Shown in pieces: positions 1 to 8,213 of a DNA stretch of 16,269 nt; position 1 is the first letter of the stretch, and every line of letters begins with the position of its first letter. The notes below the pieces were generated by a model. The model saw nothing but the letters and a program-made list of their open reading frames with translations. It was not told the origin of the DNA and searched no databases. Origin of the DNA: Candidatus Krumholzibacteriia bacterium (GTDB lineage: Bacteria; Krumholzibacteriota; Krumholzibacteriia; WVZY01); contig JAZGDW010000030.1 in assembly GCA_036478295.1 (NCBI GenBank), positions 1-16,269 on the forward strand. The letters run 5' to 3'. Both the position numbers and the translations under genes were made by a program.

Positions 1-471
1 GAAGAACGGCGGGCCGACTGGCTGCCGAAGCGCGTCGTGCGCGTGCCGGAGGGCAGTCGCGCGGTAACGCTGTTCTTCGCCGACCCCGAGGACCAGGCGC
101 TGGTGACCGAAACACGTCTGGTCGCCATCAGCAAGGAATTCGTGGAGCAGATCCACCAGGTCGTGGAGGCCCTGCTCGACGGGCCCGAGCAGACCGGGGT
201 CAGCACCATCGCCGAGGGGACGCGGCTGCTGGACGCGTTCTACGACGCGGAGAGCGCGACGCTCTACCTGGATTTTACGAGCGAGATCGTCTCGGGCCAT
301 CCGGGGGGCAGCTCGGCAGAGTACTTTACGATCGCGGCGATTGTTCGTACAGTATCCCAGAACTTTCCGGAAGTGCAGGCGGTGCAGATTCTGGTCGAGG
401 GACTGCAGATCGGCACGATTGCCGGCCACATCGATGCGTACGAACCGTTTCTCGTGAGCGAGTGGCGGTAG
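1..471 (+). CDS. GerMN (sporulation/spore germination) domain protein, 5' end outside the window
   Basis: Frame is open from base 1 to TAG at 469-471. Motifs VTLFFAD, LLDGP, T.LL, LYLDF..E, AIVRT, V..VQILVEG and GHID are typical of GerMN. Position upstream of murI is a common context. Confidence 0.85.
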   Translation, partial: EERRADWLPKRVVRVPEGSRAVTLFFADPEDQALVTETRLVAISKEFVEQIHQVVEALLDGPEQTGVSTIAEGTRLLDAFYDAESATLYLDFTSEIVSGHPGGSSAEYFTIAAIVRTVSQNFPEVQAVQILVEGLQIGTIAGHIDAYEPFLVSEWR

Positions 472-487
472 AACAGGACGAGAATTG

Positions 488-1282
488 ATGAATAACGGCG
501 CTATCGGAGTTTTCGACTCAGGCATCGGCGGGTTGACCGTTCTCCGCGAGCTGCTCTCGCGCCTGCCCGGTGAAAACTTCATCTATTTTGGCGACACCGC
601 GCGGGTGCCGTACGGCAACAAAAGCTCAGACACGGTGCTGAGGTTTTCGCGCGAGAACGTTTCCTTCCTGATCGACCAGGGAGTGAAGTTCATCGTCGTC
701 GCATGCAACACCGCTTCCGCGGAGGCCGTGCCGGTGCTCGTGGATGAGTTTCCACTGCCGATTCTCGGGGTCATCGAGCCCGGTGTGCGCGCTGCGACGC
801 GGGTGTCGAAGACCTCGAAGATCGGTGTCATCGGTACGGCGGGCACCATTCGTTCCGGGGCCTACCAGAGGGGGATCGAGACCGTCAGCCCGAAGGCACA
901 GGTCATCGCCAAAGCCTGTCCCCTGTTCGTGCCGCTGGTGGAGGAAGGATGGGTCAGCGGTGATATCACGAAGGCTGTGGCGGAAAGCTATCTCGCCGAG
1001 TACCGCGATCGGTCGATCGATGTCCTCGTGCTGGGGTGCACGCACTATCCACTGTTGACGGATGTCATTTCGGGTGTGGTAGGTGACGGCGTGACCCTGG
1101 TGGATTCGGCGGTGGAAACGGCCAATGAAGTGAAGCGCCGGTTGCAGGACGGGGGACTGCTGCGCGAGGACGCGGGCGGCAAATTTACGGTTTTCTTGAG
1201 CGACATCGCACCGAACTTCAAAGAGGTGGGTGAGCGGATCCTCGGCCGGCCCATCCCGGACGTGCAATTGCTCGCCGTTTAA
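488..1282 (+). CDS. murI: Glutamate racemase
   Basis: IGVFDSGIGGLTV, YFGDTARVPYG, and both catalytic Cys motifs (VACNTAS, LGCTHYP). ATG at 488; TTG at 485 is an alternative start. Confidence 0.97.
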   Translation: MNNGAIGVFDSGIGGLTVLRELLSRLPGENFIYFGDTARVPYGNKSSDTVLRFSRENVSFLIDQGVKFIVVACNTASAEAVPVLVDEFPLPILGVIEPGVRAATRVSKTSKIGVIGTAGTIRSGAYQRGIETVSPKAQVIAKACPLFVPLVEEGWVSGDITKAVAESYLAEYRDRSIDVLVLGCTHYPLLTDVISGVVGDGVTLVDSAVETANEVKRRLQDGGLLREDAGGKFTVFLSDIAPNFKEVGERILGRPIPDVQLLAV

Positions 1283-1295
1283 GGCGGTCACCTGA

Positions 1296-1465
1296 GCCGG
1301 AGTGGCGGAATGGGGGTTCTCAGGCGAGTTCTTGAGTACCTTCAGTCAGCCATAATGAGCGAAATGCTGCCGCAGTGCGCAGGCGCGCAACCAATACTCC
1401 ACGTGCACGAGGCTCGTGCGCCGAGGACTGTCTGACCATGAGAACCCCCGTTCTGCCGCTCCGGT
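1296..1465 (+). ncRNA. Structured non-coding RNA candidate (6S-RNA-like size and closing stem; family not established)
   Basis: 1297-1322 pairs with 1439-1464 as an uninterrupted 26-bp stem (23 Watson-Crick + 3 G-U). The G-U pairs form only on the + strand. Further internal helices: agttctt/gaggact, gagta/tactc, tgcgc/gcgca, gcacga/tcgtgc. Confidence 0.55.
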
Positions 1466-1517
1466 CGCCGCACCCACCGGCGAGCGATGGCCGGGGAGGA
1501 AAGAAAGGATAAAGTTT

Positions 1518-2222
1518 ATGCGCGTTGACAGCAGGGCGTCAGATGCAAAAAGATCGGTGGCCATCCACCGCGGGTACCTCAAGAACGCGGAAGGGTCGGC
1601 GCTGATCGAAATGGGCAACACGCGGGTTATCTGCTCGGCGACCATCGACAAAGGCGTGCCCAGGTTTCTCTACGGAAAGGGCGAAGGCTGGCTGACAGCT
1701 GAGTACGGCATGCTGCCGCGCTCGTCTCATCAACGTATCACGCGCGAAGCGGTACGTGGACGGGGCGGTCGCACCTATGAGATTCAGCGGCTCATCGGCC
1801 GGAGCCTGCGGTCGGCGACGCAGCTCAATCTTCTCGGTGAGGTCACCGTCATCATCGACTGCGACGTCCTCGAAGCGGACGGCGGAACACGCTGCGCGGC
1901 GATTACCGGCGGCTGCGTGGCGCTCTACGACGCCCTGTCGAAGCTCAACATGGACACGCACCCGATGAACTTCTTTGTGTCCGCCATCAGCATCGGCGTG
2001 GTCGACGGGCAGATCCTGCTCGACCTCGACTACGAGGAGGACTCGAGCGCCGATGTCGATCTCAACGTGGTGATGAGCGAGAGCGGGTTGTTTATCGAGG
2101 TGCAGGGAACGGCGGAGAAAGTGCCCTTTACCGGCGAACAGCTGCAGCAGATGCTCGCGCTGGCTCACAACGGTTGCATGGAACTCATCGACGCCCAGAA
2201 GCAAGCTCTTGAACTCGTTTAA
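1518..2222 (+). CDS. rph: Ribonuclease PH
   Basis: AEGSALIEMGNTRVIC, GWLTAEYGMLPRS, GRTYEIQRLIGRSLR, DCDVLEADGGTRCAAITG, LDLDYEEDSSADVD, IEVQGTAE. Start placed at ATG 1518 behind an AAAGGA RBS rather than at the track's 1416. Confidence 0.97.
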   Translation: MRVDSRASDAKRSVAIHRGYLKNAEGSALIEMGNTRVICSATIDKGVPRFLYGKGEGWLTAEYGMLPRSSHQRITREAVRGRGGRTYEIQRLIGRSLRSATQLNLLGEVTVIIDCDVLEADGGTRCAAITGGCVALYDALSKLNMDTHPMNFFVSAISIGVVDGQILLDLDYEEDSSADVDLNVVMSESGLFIEVQGTAEKVPFTGEQLQQMLALAHNGCMELIDAQKQALELV

Positions 2223-2314
2223 TCACCGAATGTCTTGCGGCCGAAGCGAGTACCCTCGCCCCGGCCGATTCGTAACGCTGGTTCTGATGTTGCGGTAGCG
2301 CCGTCACCGGGCCA

Positions 2315-3031
2315 ATGGAAATCGCTCTCGCCACACGAAACACCGACAAGATCAGGGAGATCGAAGCCATTTTGGTATCGCTCGACGTCGTGCTCGTTCC
2401 TGTCGACCGCTTCGAACACGTCCCGGAAGTCGTAGAAGACGGCGAGACGCTCGAGGAAAACGCGCTCAAGAAGGCGCGGGCGGTCCGGGACGCCACCGGT
2501 CTGTGCGCACTGTCCGACGACACCGGTCTGGAAGTGGACGTACTCCGCGGAGCGCCGGGCATCTACTCGTCGCGATATGCCGGCGATAATGCAACCTACG
2601 AGGACAACGTGCGCAAGCTGCTCCAGGCCATGCAGGGGGTGCCCCTCGAGCCGAGAGAGAAGCGGTCGGCCCGCTTTCGCTGCGTGGCGGCGCTGGCGCT
2701 CACGCCGCCCGTCGCCGTCCGCTTTCAAGAGTATTTGCAAAAGCAATCCAACGCCGAGTCGGTTATGATGCTCGGGGGGAACGGCGCGGCGGCCGCCCGC
2801 TCCACCGGCCCCGATGCGCTCGTAGCAGAGGGGATTCTCGAGGGCCGCATTGCGGAGGCGCGCCGGGGTACGGGCGGTTTCGGGTACGACCCCGTCTTCG
2901 AGATCGGCGTGTCGGGCAAGACTCTGGCCGAGGTGGGCCTCGAGGAGAAGAACCGTATTAGCCACCGCTACCGGGCGCTGGTCGAGATGCGCGAACTCTT
3001 GTTGCGTTGCAGCCTCTGTCGCGAGCGTTGA
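2315..3031 (+). CDS. rdgB: RdgB/HAM1 family non-canonical purine NTP (XTP/dITP) pyrophosphatase
   Basis: ATRNTDKIRE, EDGETLEENALKKA, DDTGLEVD, GAPGIYSSRY, GFGYDPVF, KNRISHR. Directly follows rph. Confidence 0.95.
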   Translation: MEIALATRNTDKIREIEAILVSLDVVLVPVDRFEHVPEVVEDGETLEENALKKARAVRDATGLCALSDDTGLEVDVLRGAPGIYSSRYAGDNATYEDNVRKLLQAMQGVPLEPREKRSARFRCVAALALTPPVAVRFQEYLQKQSNAESVMMLGGNGAAAARSTGPDALVAEGILEGRIAEARRGTGGFGYDPVFEIGVSGKTLAEVGLEEKNRISHRYRALVEMRELLLRCSLCRER

Positions 3032-3085
3032 ATCAATTGGTGCAAACTGCGTTTCTGAACGACCGAACCTCAGGTTGGTGTTGGA

Positions 3086-4021
3086 ATGCCTGAACGCGGG
3101 CCGATAGAGCGAAAAGTGGTGGCGGCGAGCCCGCTGGTGCAAATCCGCGACGTCACGAAGGCGTTCAACGGGACGCGGGCGGTCGACGGCATTTCGTTGT
3201 CCATAAAGAAGGGCAGCATCTACGGCCTCCTGGGACCCAACGGCGCCGGCAAGACCACCCTTATCCGCATGATAATGCGGATTATCTACCCCGATACCGG
3301 TGATATCCAGATATTCGGCTTGCCGCTTACGGAGGCCAGCAAGGACCGGATTGGATACCTTCCGGAAGAGCGCGGCGTCTACCGCAAGATGAAGGTTCTC
3401 GACCTGCTGACCTTCTTCGGTGAAATCAAGTCGATGAAAAGGACCGACGCGCGTAGCGTCGCTAGCGAGTGGCTGGAACGCCTCAATCTTGCCGACGTGG
3501 CGCAGAAGAAGGCGGAAGAGCTGTCGAAAGGGATGCAGCAGAAAGTGCAGTTCATCGCAACGGTCATGCACTCGCCGGAACTCATCATTCTCGACGAGCC
3601 GTTCACCGGGCTGGACCCAAAGAACGCGGACGTGCTCAAAGACATCATGCTCGAGTTTCACCGCAAGGGGCACACGATTATTTTTTCGACCCACATGATG
3701 GACCAGGTGGAAAAACTCTGCCAGCGGATCTGTCTCATCGACAAGGGCAAGGAAGTGCTGGAAGGTACTCTGAGATCGATCAAGAAGAAATACGGCCACA
3801 ACGCCGTGACGATCCGCTTCGAGGGGGATGGCGCGTTTCTCCGCGAGCTGCCCGAAGTGGAAAGCGTCAACGATCGCGGGAACGAGCTGTTCTTGCGGCT
3901 GCGCGACGGCAGCGACCCGCAGAAAATCCTGGCCAAGGCGGCCCGCAAGGTGGCCATCCACAAGTTCGAGATCTCGGAACCGTCGATTCATGACATCTTC
4001 ATCGAACAGGTCTCCGGGTGA
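3086..4021 (+). CDS. ABC-2 type transporter ATP-binding protein (NatA/YhaQ-like)
   Basis: Walker A GPNGAGKT, GYLPEERG, signature LSKGMQQK, Walker B IILDEP, H-loop STH, C-terminal PSIHDIF. The start may be GTG at 3116. Confidence 0.93.
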   Translation: MPERGPIERKVVAASPLVQIRDVTKAFNGTRAVDGISLSIKKGSIYGLLGPNGAGKTTLIRMIMRIIYPDTGDIQIFGLPLTEASKDRIGYLPEERGVYRKMKVLDLLTFFGEIKSMKRTDARSVASEWLERLNLADVAQKKAEELSKGMQQKVQFIATVMHSPELIILDEPFTGLDPKNADVLKDIMLEFHRKGHTIIFSTHMMDQVEKLCQRICLIDKGKEVLEGTLRSIKKKYGHNAVTIRFEGDGAFLRELPEVESVNDRGNELFLRLRDGSDPQKILAKAARKVAIHKFEISEPSIHDIFIEQVSG

Positions 4022-5289
4022 TGGCGATGAAAGCGCATCTCATCATAAAACGCGAGTACATGGAAAACATCCGTAAGAAGAGTTTTCTCATCAGTACGAT
4101 CGTCGCGCCTATCCTGATGCTGTTGATTTATTCCATCCCGGTCCTGGCACTCTTCTTCGTGCCGGGAGACCAGGTGAGAATCGCCGTACTGGATCGAACC
4201 GGTGTGATCGCGCCCGAGTTCCTCGCGACTCTGACCGATACCCTCAAAGACGGGCAACCGAAGTATCTCGTGAGGGATGCCCGCCCGGTCGACGGGGATT
4301 TTGACCGGCTGCGGGAAGAGTTGATTGCAGACATCGCCGCCGACGAGCTGGACGTTGCCCTCGAAGTGCCCGCGGACGTGCTGGAGGACGGCAAGGTCGA
4401 CTATATCTCGAAGAACGTACTGAACGAGGATATCACGCGTTCACTCAAGAGCAGGCTCACACCGGTTGTTATCAAGCAGCGGTTTGCCCGCGAGGGGATT
4501 GACTCCGATCGCATCGCCGCGCTTACGCGGGGAGTGCGTTTCAACGAGCAAAAGATAACGAAGTCCGGCATCCTCGAGGAAAAGGAAGTTGCCGGTGACC
4601 TCATTATCGCGGTCGTGTTCGTCATGATTCTCTACTTTATGCTCATCTCCTGGGGCGTGGCCGTCCAGAGAAGCGTCATCGAGGAGAAGAGCTCGCGGGT
4701 CATCGAGGTGATGTTGAGCTCGGTCGAGCCCCGCGACCTGTTCATCGGCAAGATCTTCGGTCTCGGCGCGCTGGGCTTTACGCAGATCGGCATCTGGTCG
4801 GTCATCATGCTGGCCATCGGGTTCTCGTCGTCGATGATGACGGCGCAGATAGCGAGTTTTATTCAGATTTCACCGACCGAGATACTCTACCTCGGCGTGT
4901 ATTTTGTGCTGGGATTTCTCCTGTACGCGGCGATCTTTACAATTATCGGCGCGGTATGCAGTACGGAACAGGACGCCCAGCAGCTGCAGATCTTCGCGAT
5001 GCTTCCGCTCATCCTGCCGCTGATGCTGATGTTCTTTGTGATCGAGTATCCGGACTCCACGGTGGCCACGGTGCTCTCCCTAATTCCATTCTTTACACCG
5101 ATGCTGATGCTGGCGCGGATCTCGGTGGCCGAGCCCCCAATGTGGCAGATACTGCTTAGCATCGCTCTGCTCGCCGTCTCGATCTGGGGGGTCATCATCT
5201 TCAGTGCGAAGGTGTTCCGCGTAGGGATTCTTATGTACGGCAAGCGGCCCGGGTTGAAGGAAATCTGGCGCTGGTCGCGGTACGCGTGA
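4021..5289 (+). CDS. ABC-2 type transporter permease (NatB/YhaP-like)
   Basis: N-terminal TM helix, large extracytoplasmic loop, EEKSSRVIEVMLSSV, GKIFG, several C-terminal TM segments and IPFFTP. Start overlaps the ATPase stop (TGATG). Confidence 0.93.
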   Translation: MAMKAHLIIKREYMENIRKKSFLISTIVAPILMLLIYSIPVLALFFVPGDQVRIAVLDRTGVIAPEFLATLTDTLKDGQPKYLVRDARPVDGDFDRLREELIADIAADELDVALEVPADVLEDGKVDYISKNVLNEDITRSLKSRLTPVVIKQRFAREGIDSDRIAALTRGVRFNEQKITKSGILEEKEVAGDLIIAVVFVMILYFMLISWGVAVQRSVIEEKSSRVIEVMLSSVEPRDLFIGKIFGLGALGFTQIGIWSVIMLAIGFSSSMMTAQIASFIQISPTEILYLGVYFVLGFLLYAAIFTIIGAVCSTEQDAQQLQIFAMLPLILPLMLMFFVIEYPDSTVATVLSLIPFFTPMLMLARISVAEPPMWQILLSIALLAVSIWGVIIFSAKVFRVGILMYGKRPGLKEIWRWSRYA

Positions 5290-5308
5290 GGGGGCTACGG
5301 GCGGTGCA

Positions 5309-5411
5309 CCGGTTGACTGTTTCCTGACCCGCGCTCCACTTCGTTCGGCTACACCTCTGGGGGGCGCCGGTTGTATTGTTTCCCTCGCCGCGCTCCGCTT
5401 CGCTCGGCTAC
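5309..5411. repeat. Two-copy ~44-bp imperfect direct repeat (58-bp period), REP-like
   Basis: ccggttgactgtttcctgacccgcgctccacttcgttcggctac (5309-5352) and ccggttgtattgtttccctcgccgcgctccgcttcgctcggctac (5367-5411). Both end in CTAC (GTAG on the minus strand). Confidence 0.75.
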
Positions 5412-5440
5412 CCCGCTACGCGGGGTGATCCTCGCTCGCT

Positions 5441-5721
5441 CCCGCAACGGCTCTGTCAACAACCCAACCGACGCCCCCCTGCTTGTTCCCCGCAACGGCT
5501 CGGTCAACAACCCAGCAGCACGCCACCACCTGTACCCGCGACGGTTCCGTCACCAACCCAACCGCGCACCGCCACCTGCACACCGACGGGTCCGTCAACA
5601 GCCAACCGGTGCGCCACCCACCGAGTCTCGCGACGGTTCTGTCAACAATCCACCGGCGTACCGCCCGCTCGTTCCCGCGACGGCTCTGTCGACAACCCAA
5701 CAGCACGCCGCCTCGCTGGCT
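5441..5721. repeat. Six-unit degenerate tandem repeat array, ~26-bp conserved core plus 19-22-bp variable linker
   Basis: Core cccgcRacggYtcYgtcaacaaccca starts at 5441, 5489, 5535, 5580, 5627 and 5674 (periods 48, 46, 45, 47, 47). It contains the dyad GACGG-NN-CCGTC, perfect in copies 3 and 4. Confidence 0.9.
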
Positions 5722-5805
5722 CCCGGATCGTGTTAAGCGATAACATCTTTAGTGTCAAAGTTTTATGTTGTTGCTCTGAACTGTCGTGAAGTGGTGCATA
5801 ATGTT

Positions 5806-5833
5806 TTGCATTTTTTCCGTGCCTGGTTATACT
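5806..5833 (+). promoter_or_regulatory. Putative sigma70 promoter for the GT4 fusion gene
   Basis: TTGCAT (5806-5811), 16-nt spacer, TATACT (5828-5833), in an AT-rich patch ~30 nt upstream of the first ATG. Confidence 0.5.
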
Positions 5834-5851
5834 GAACGGGTAGAGCTATTG

Positions 5852-5914
5852 GGGAGGGGGAAGATGCTAGACGGGAGGGAAGATATGCTAGACGGGAGGG
5901 GAGATATGCTAGAC
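5852..5914 (+). repeat. 3 x 21-bp tandem repeat, each containing a GGAGG RBS and an in-frame ATG
   Basis: gggagggggaagatgctagac / gggagggaagatatgctagac / gggaggggagatatgctagac, with ATGs at 5864, 5885 and 5906. Confidence 0.92.
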
Positions 5915-8179
5915 GCCCACGACGACGTGCGGCATTTCCGGGGCATTGCTTTTATCGGGACCTACATTCCTAGAGCCTGCGGTATTGCTACATTTACCCA
6001 CGACCTTGCCGAGGCGACCGCGCGTTTGTCCGGCCCGGAACAGCCGGTCATCGTCACCGCAATGAACGAGCGCCCTCAGGGCTACCCGTACCCGGACAGG
6101 GTCAAATTCGAAATACGCCAGGACTACCAGGTCGATTACTCGCGCGCGGCGGACTTTCTCAACTTCAGCCGCCTCGACGTCATCAGCTTGCAGCATGAGT
6201 ACGGCATCTTCGGTGGTGAGTGGGGTGCCAACGTGCTTACGCTTCTCCGTGATCTCCATCCTCCTCTGGTTGTGACGTGTCACTCGGTGCCCAAGGAACC
6301 GGACCCCCTTCAAAAGGAAGTTTTCAGCGAAATTGCCGCGATGGCCAAGAGGATCGTCGTGATGAGTGCGAAAGCGTTCGAGTTGTTGGAAAGCGTGTAT
6401 GGGGTTCACCGCGATAAGGTCGTTCACATCTCCCACGGGATACACGACGTGCCGTTCGTCGATCCGAACTTCTACAAGGACAAATTCGGTGTGGAAGGAC
6501 GGCGGGTCATTCTTACCTTTGGCCTCCTCCATCGCGAGAAGGGCCTCGAATACATGCTCGAAGCGCTGCCGGCCATCGTCGAGCGACATCCGGACGTTGT
6601 CTACGTTATACTCGGAGCCACCCACCCGACCATCGAGGCTGAAGAAGGCGAATCCTACCGGCTGAGCCTCCAGCGGCGGGTGCGGGAGCTCGGGATCGAG
6701 AACCACGTGCTTTTCTATTCGCAGTTCGTGAGTTTGAAAGAGCTGCTTGAATACCTCGGTGCTTCGGACATCGTTGTGACGCCGTACCTCAACATCGATC
6801 GCATAACGAGCGGTGTCCTGGCATACGCGATAGGTTCGGGCAAGGCCGTCGTGTCCACTCCATACTGGCATGCCCAGGAGCTTCTCGCGGATGGCCGCGG
6901 CTGCCTGGTGCCGACACGTGATTCGAGGTTGCTCGCACAGCGGATCATCCAGCTGCTCGATGACGAACGCGAACTCAGCGCGATTCGCAAGAGAGCTTAT
7001 GAATACTCTCGCCACATGACCTGGCCGAATGTCGCAAAGAGTTATCTTGCACTCTTCGATGAAGTTAGAAGCCACGTTGCGACAAAGTGGCCCGCAGCAT
7101 CAGAGACGCGGCGTCCCATTACGGCGACGAACCTGCCGCTGCCCAAGCTCGATCACCTGGTCCGGTTGAGCGATGATACGGGGCCTTCCCACCACGCGCG
7201 GTTCACGCTGCCGGACTGGAGTTTTGGCTACCATCTGGAGGATGCTGCCGCGGCGCTCGTTGCCAGCTGCGAGTATCACAACATCCTTGGCGCGACGGAG
7301 GCGGTCCGCCTGTCCGGGACCTTTCTTGCCCTGCTACAGAATCTCATCCGTAATGGCCGGGACGTTGCGCAAGCACTCGACTACACCCGCCACCGCAAGG
7401 GTCGCGCATCCGAAGTAGCCCTGGGCAAGGCGGTGTGGGCGCTTGGACACGGCGTCAACCGGGGCCCGTCCGTGCTTGCCGCGGCGGCCAACGATCTCTT
7501 CCATCGTCTCCTGCCCCACGCACATTTCACCAGTCAATGGGGAGCCGCTTACGCGGTGCTCGGTGCGGTCCACTACCTCACGCGTTTCCCTGGAGCGACG
7601 GAAGTGCGGCGCTACCTGGCCGAGAACGCAGGCGAGGTCGAACAGGCATGCCGGCAGGCGGACTGGATCGAGCGCTGGCGGGCACCGGACTGGCCGGTGG
7701 CCGCCCAGGCGCTGACGATGGCCGCTTCGAGTCTCGGGCAGGATGGAATGCGCGTGCTCTCCTCGGAGCTCATCGCCAATATTCGCACAGCGACGGTTGA
7801 AGGCACTGTCTTTCTGAGGCGAGGAGACAACCCCGAGGAAGAGGAACTGCCTACCACGGCCTCCGCGTTCATTACCGCCCTCGACGCGGCGTACCAGACC
7901 GGCAGGGACAATGAGTTACTGCGGCCGATCCGCTCGGCGGCCGATTGGTTCCTTGGCGCGAACCGTATGGAAGAGACAATGTACGACTTTTCGACCGGCG
8001 GGTGTCACGACGGGCTGACGGCGAGCGGCGCCAACCGCAATCAGGGGACAGCGGCGACGGTTCATTGTCTGCTGGCTTTTCTCACGCTGCACCGGCTGGC
8101 CGGCTCAGACGCCACTTCGGTGTCGAACGGTAGTAATGGCGTCGAACATGAGCATCCCGAATTTTCCGAACAACATTAG
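5864..8179 (+). CDS. Glycosyltransferase family 4 protein with C-terminal six-hairpin-glycosidase-like domain
   Basis: N-terminal GT-B motifs GTYIPRACGIATFT, LQHEYGIFGG, TFGLL..KGLE, GATHP, TSGVLAYA, VVSTPYWHAQE. C-terminal HLVRLSDDTG, WFLGAN, GGCHDGL, NRNQG. The start may be 5864, 5885 or 5906. Confidence 0.88.
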   Translation: MLDGREDMLDGRGDMLDAHDDVRHFRGIAFIGTYIPRACGIATFTHDLAEATARLSGPEQPVIVTAMNERPQGYPYPDRVKFEIRQDYQVDYSRAADFLNFSRLDVISLQHEYGIFGGEWGANVLTLLRDLHPPLVVTCHSVPKEPDPLQKEVFSEIAAMAKRIVVMSAKAFELLESVYGVHRDKVVHISHGIHDVPFVDPNFYKDKFGVEGRRVILTFGLLHREKGLEYMLEALPAIVERHPDVVYVILGATHPTIEAEEGESYRLSLQRRVRELGIENHVLFYSQFVSLKELLEYLGASDIVVTPYLNIDRITSGVLAYAIGSGKAVVSTPYWHAQELLADGRGCLVPTRDSRLLAQRIIQLLDDERELSAIRKRAYEYSRHMTWPNVAKSYLALFDEVRSHVATKWPAASETRRPITATNLPLPKLDHLVRLSDDTGPSHHARFTLPDWSFGYHLEDAAAALVASCEYHNILGATEAVRLSGTFLALLQNLIRNGRDVAQALDYTRHRKGRASEVALGKAVWALGHGVNRGPSVLAAAANDLFHRLLPHAHFTSQWGAAYAVLGAVHYLTRFPGATEVRRYLAENAGEVEQACRQADWIERWRAPDWPVAAQALTMAASSLGQDGMRVLSSELIANIRTATVEGTVFLRRGDNPEEEELPTTASAFITALDAAYQTGRDNELLRPIRSAADWFLGANRMEETMYDFSTGGCHDGLTASGANRNQGTAATVHCLLAFLTLHRLAGSDATSVSNGSNGVEHEHPEFSEQH

Positions 8180-8213
8180 CAGTGCAGCCGTATGACGAAC
8201 GTCGTTGTGACTG

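Noticed and set aside
1296..1313. tRNA-Leu gene (GCCGGAGTGGCGGAATGG start)
   Set aside because: No anticodon arm, T-loop or CCA follows; the segment instead pairs fully with 1439-1465.
1416..1517. N-terminal extension of rph in the ORF track
   Set aside because: It overlaps the structured RNA. Homology and the RBS point to ATG 1518.
2219..3991. 590-aa minus-strand ORF, and other long antisense ORFs such as 5909-7075 and 9921-11015
   Set aside because: Antisense shadows of well-supported genes in GC-rich DNA, with no recognisable motifs.
5441..5721. Canonical CRISPR array
   Set aside because: Repeats are degenerate, linkers are only 19-22 nt and resemble each other, and there are no cas genes in the window.
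5371..5789. ORFs across the repeat region
   Set aside because: The repeat period shifts frame between units, so the peptide repeats are by-products of the DNA repeat.
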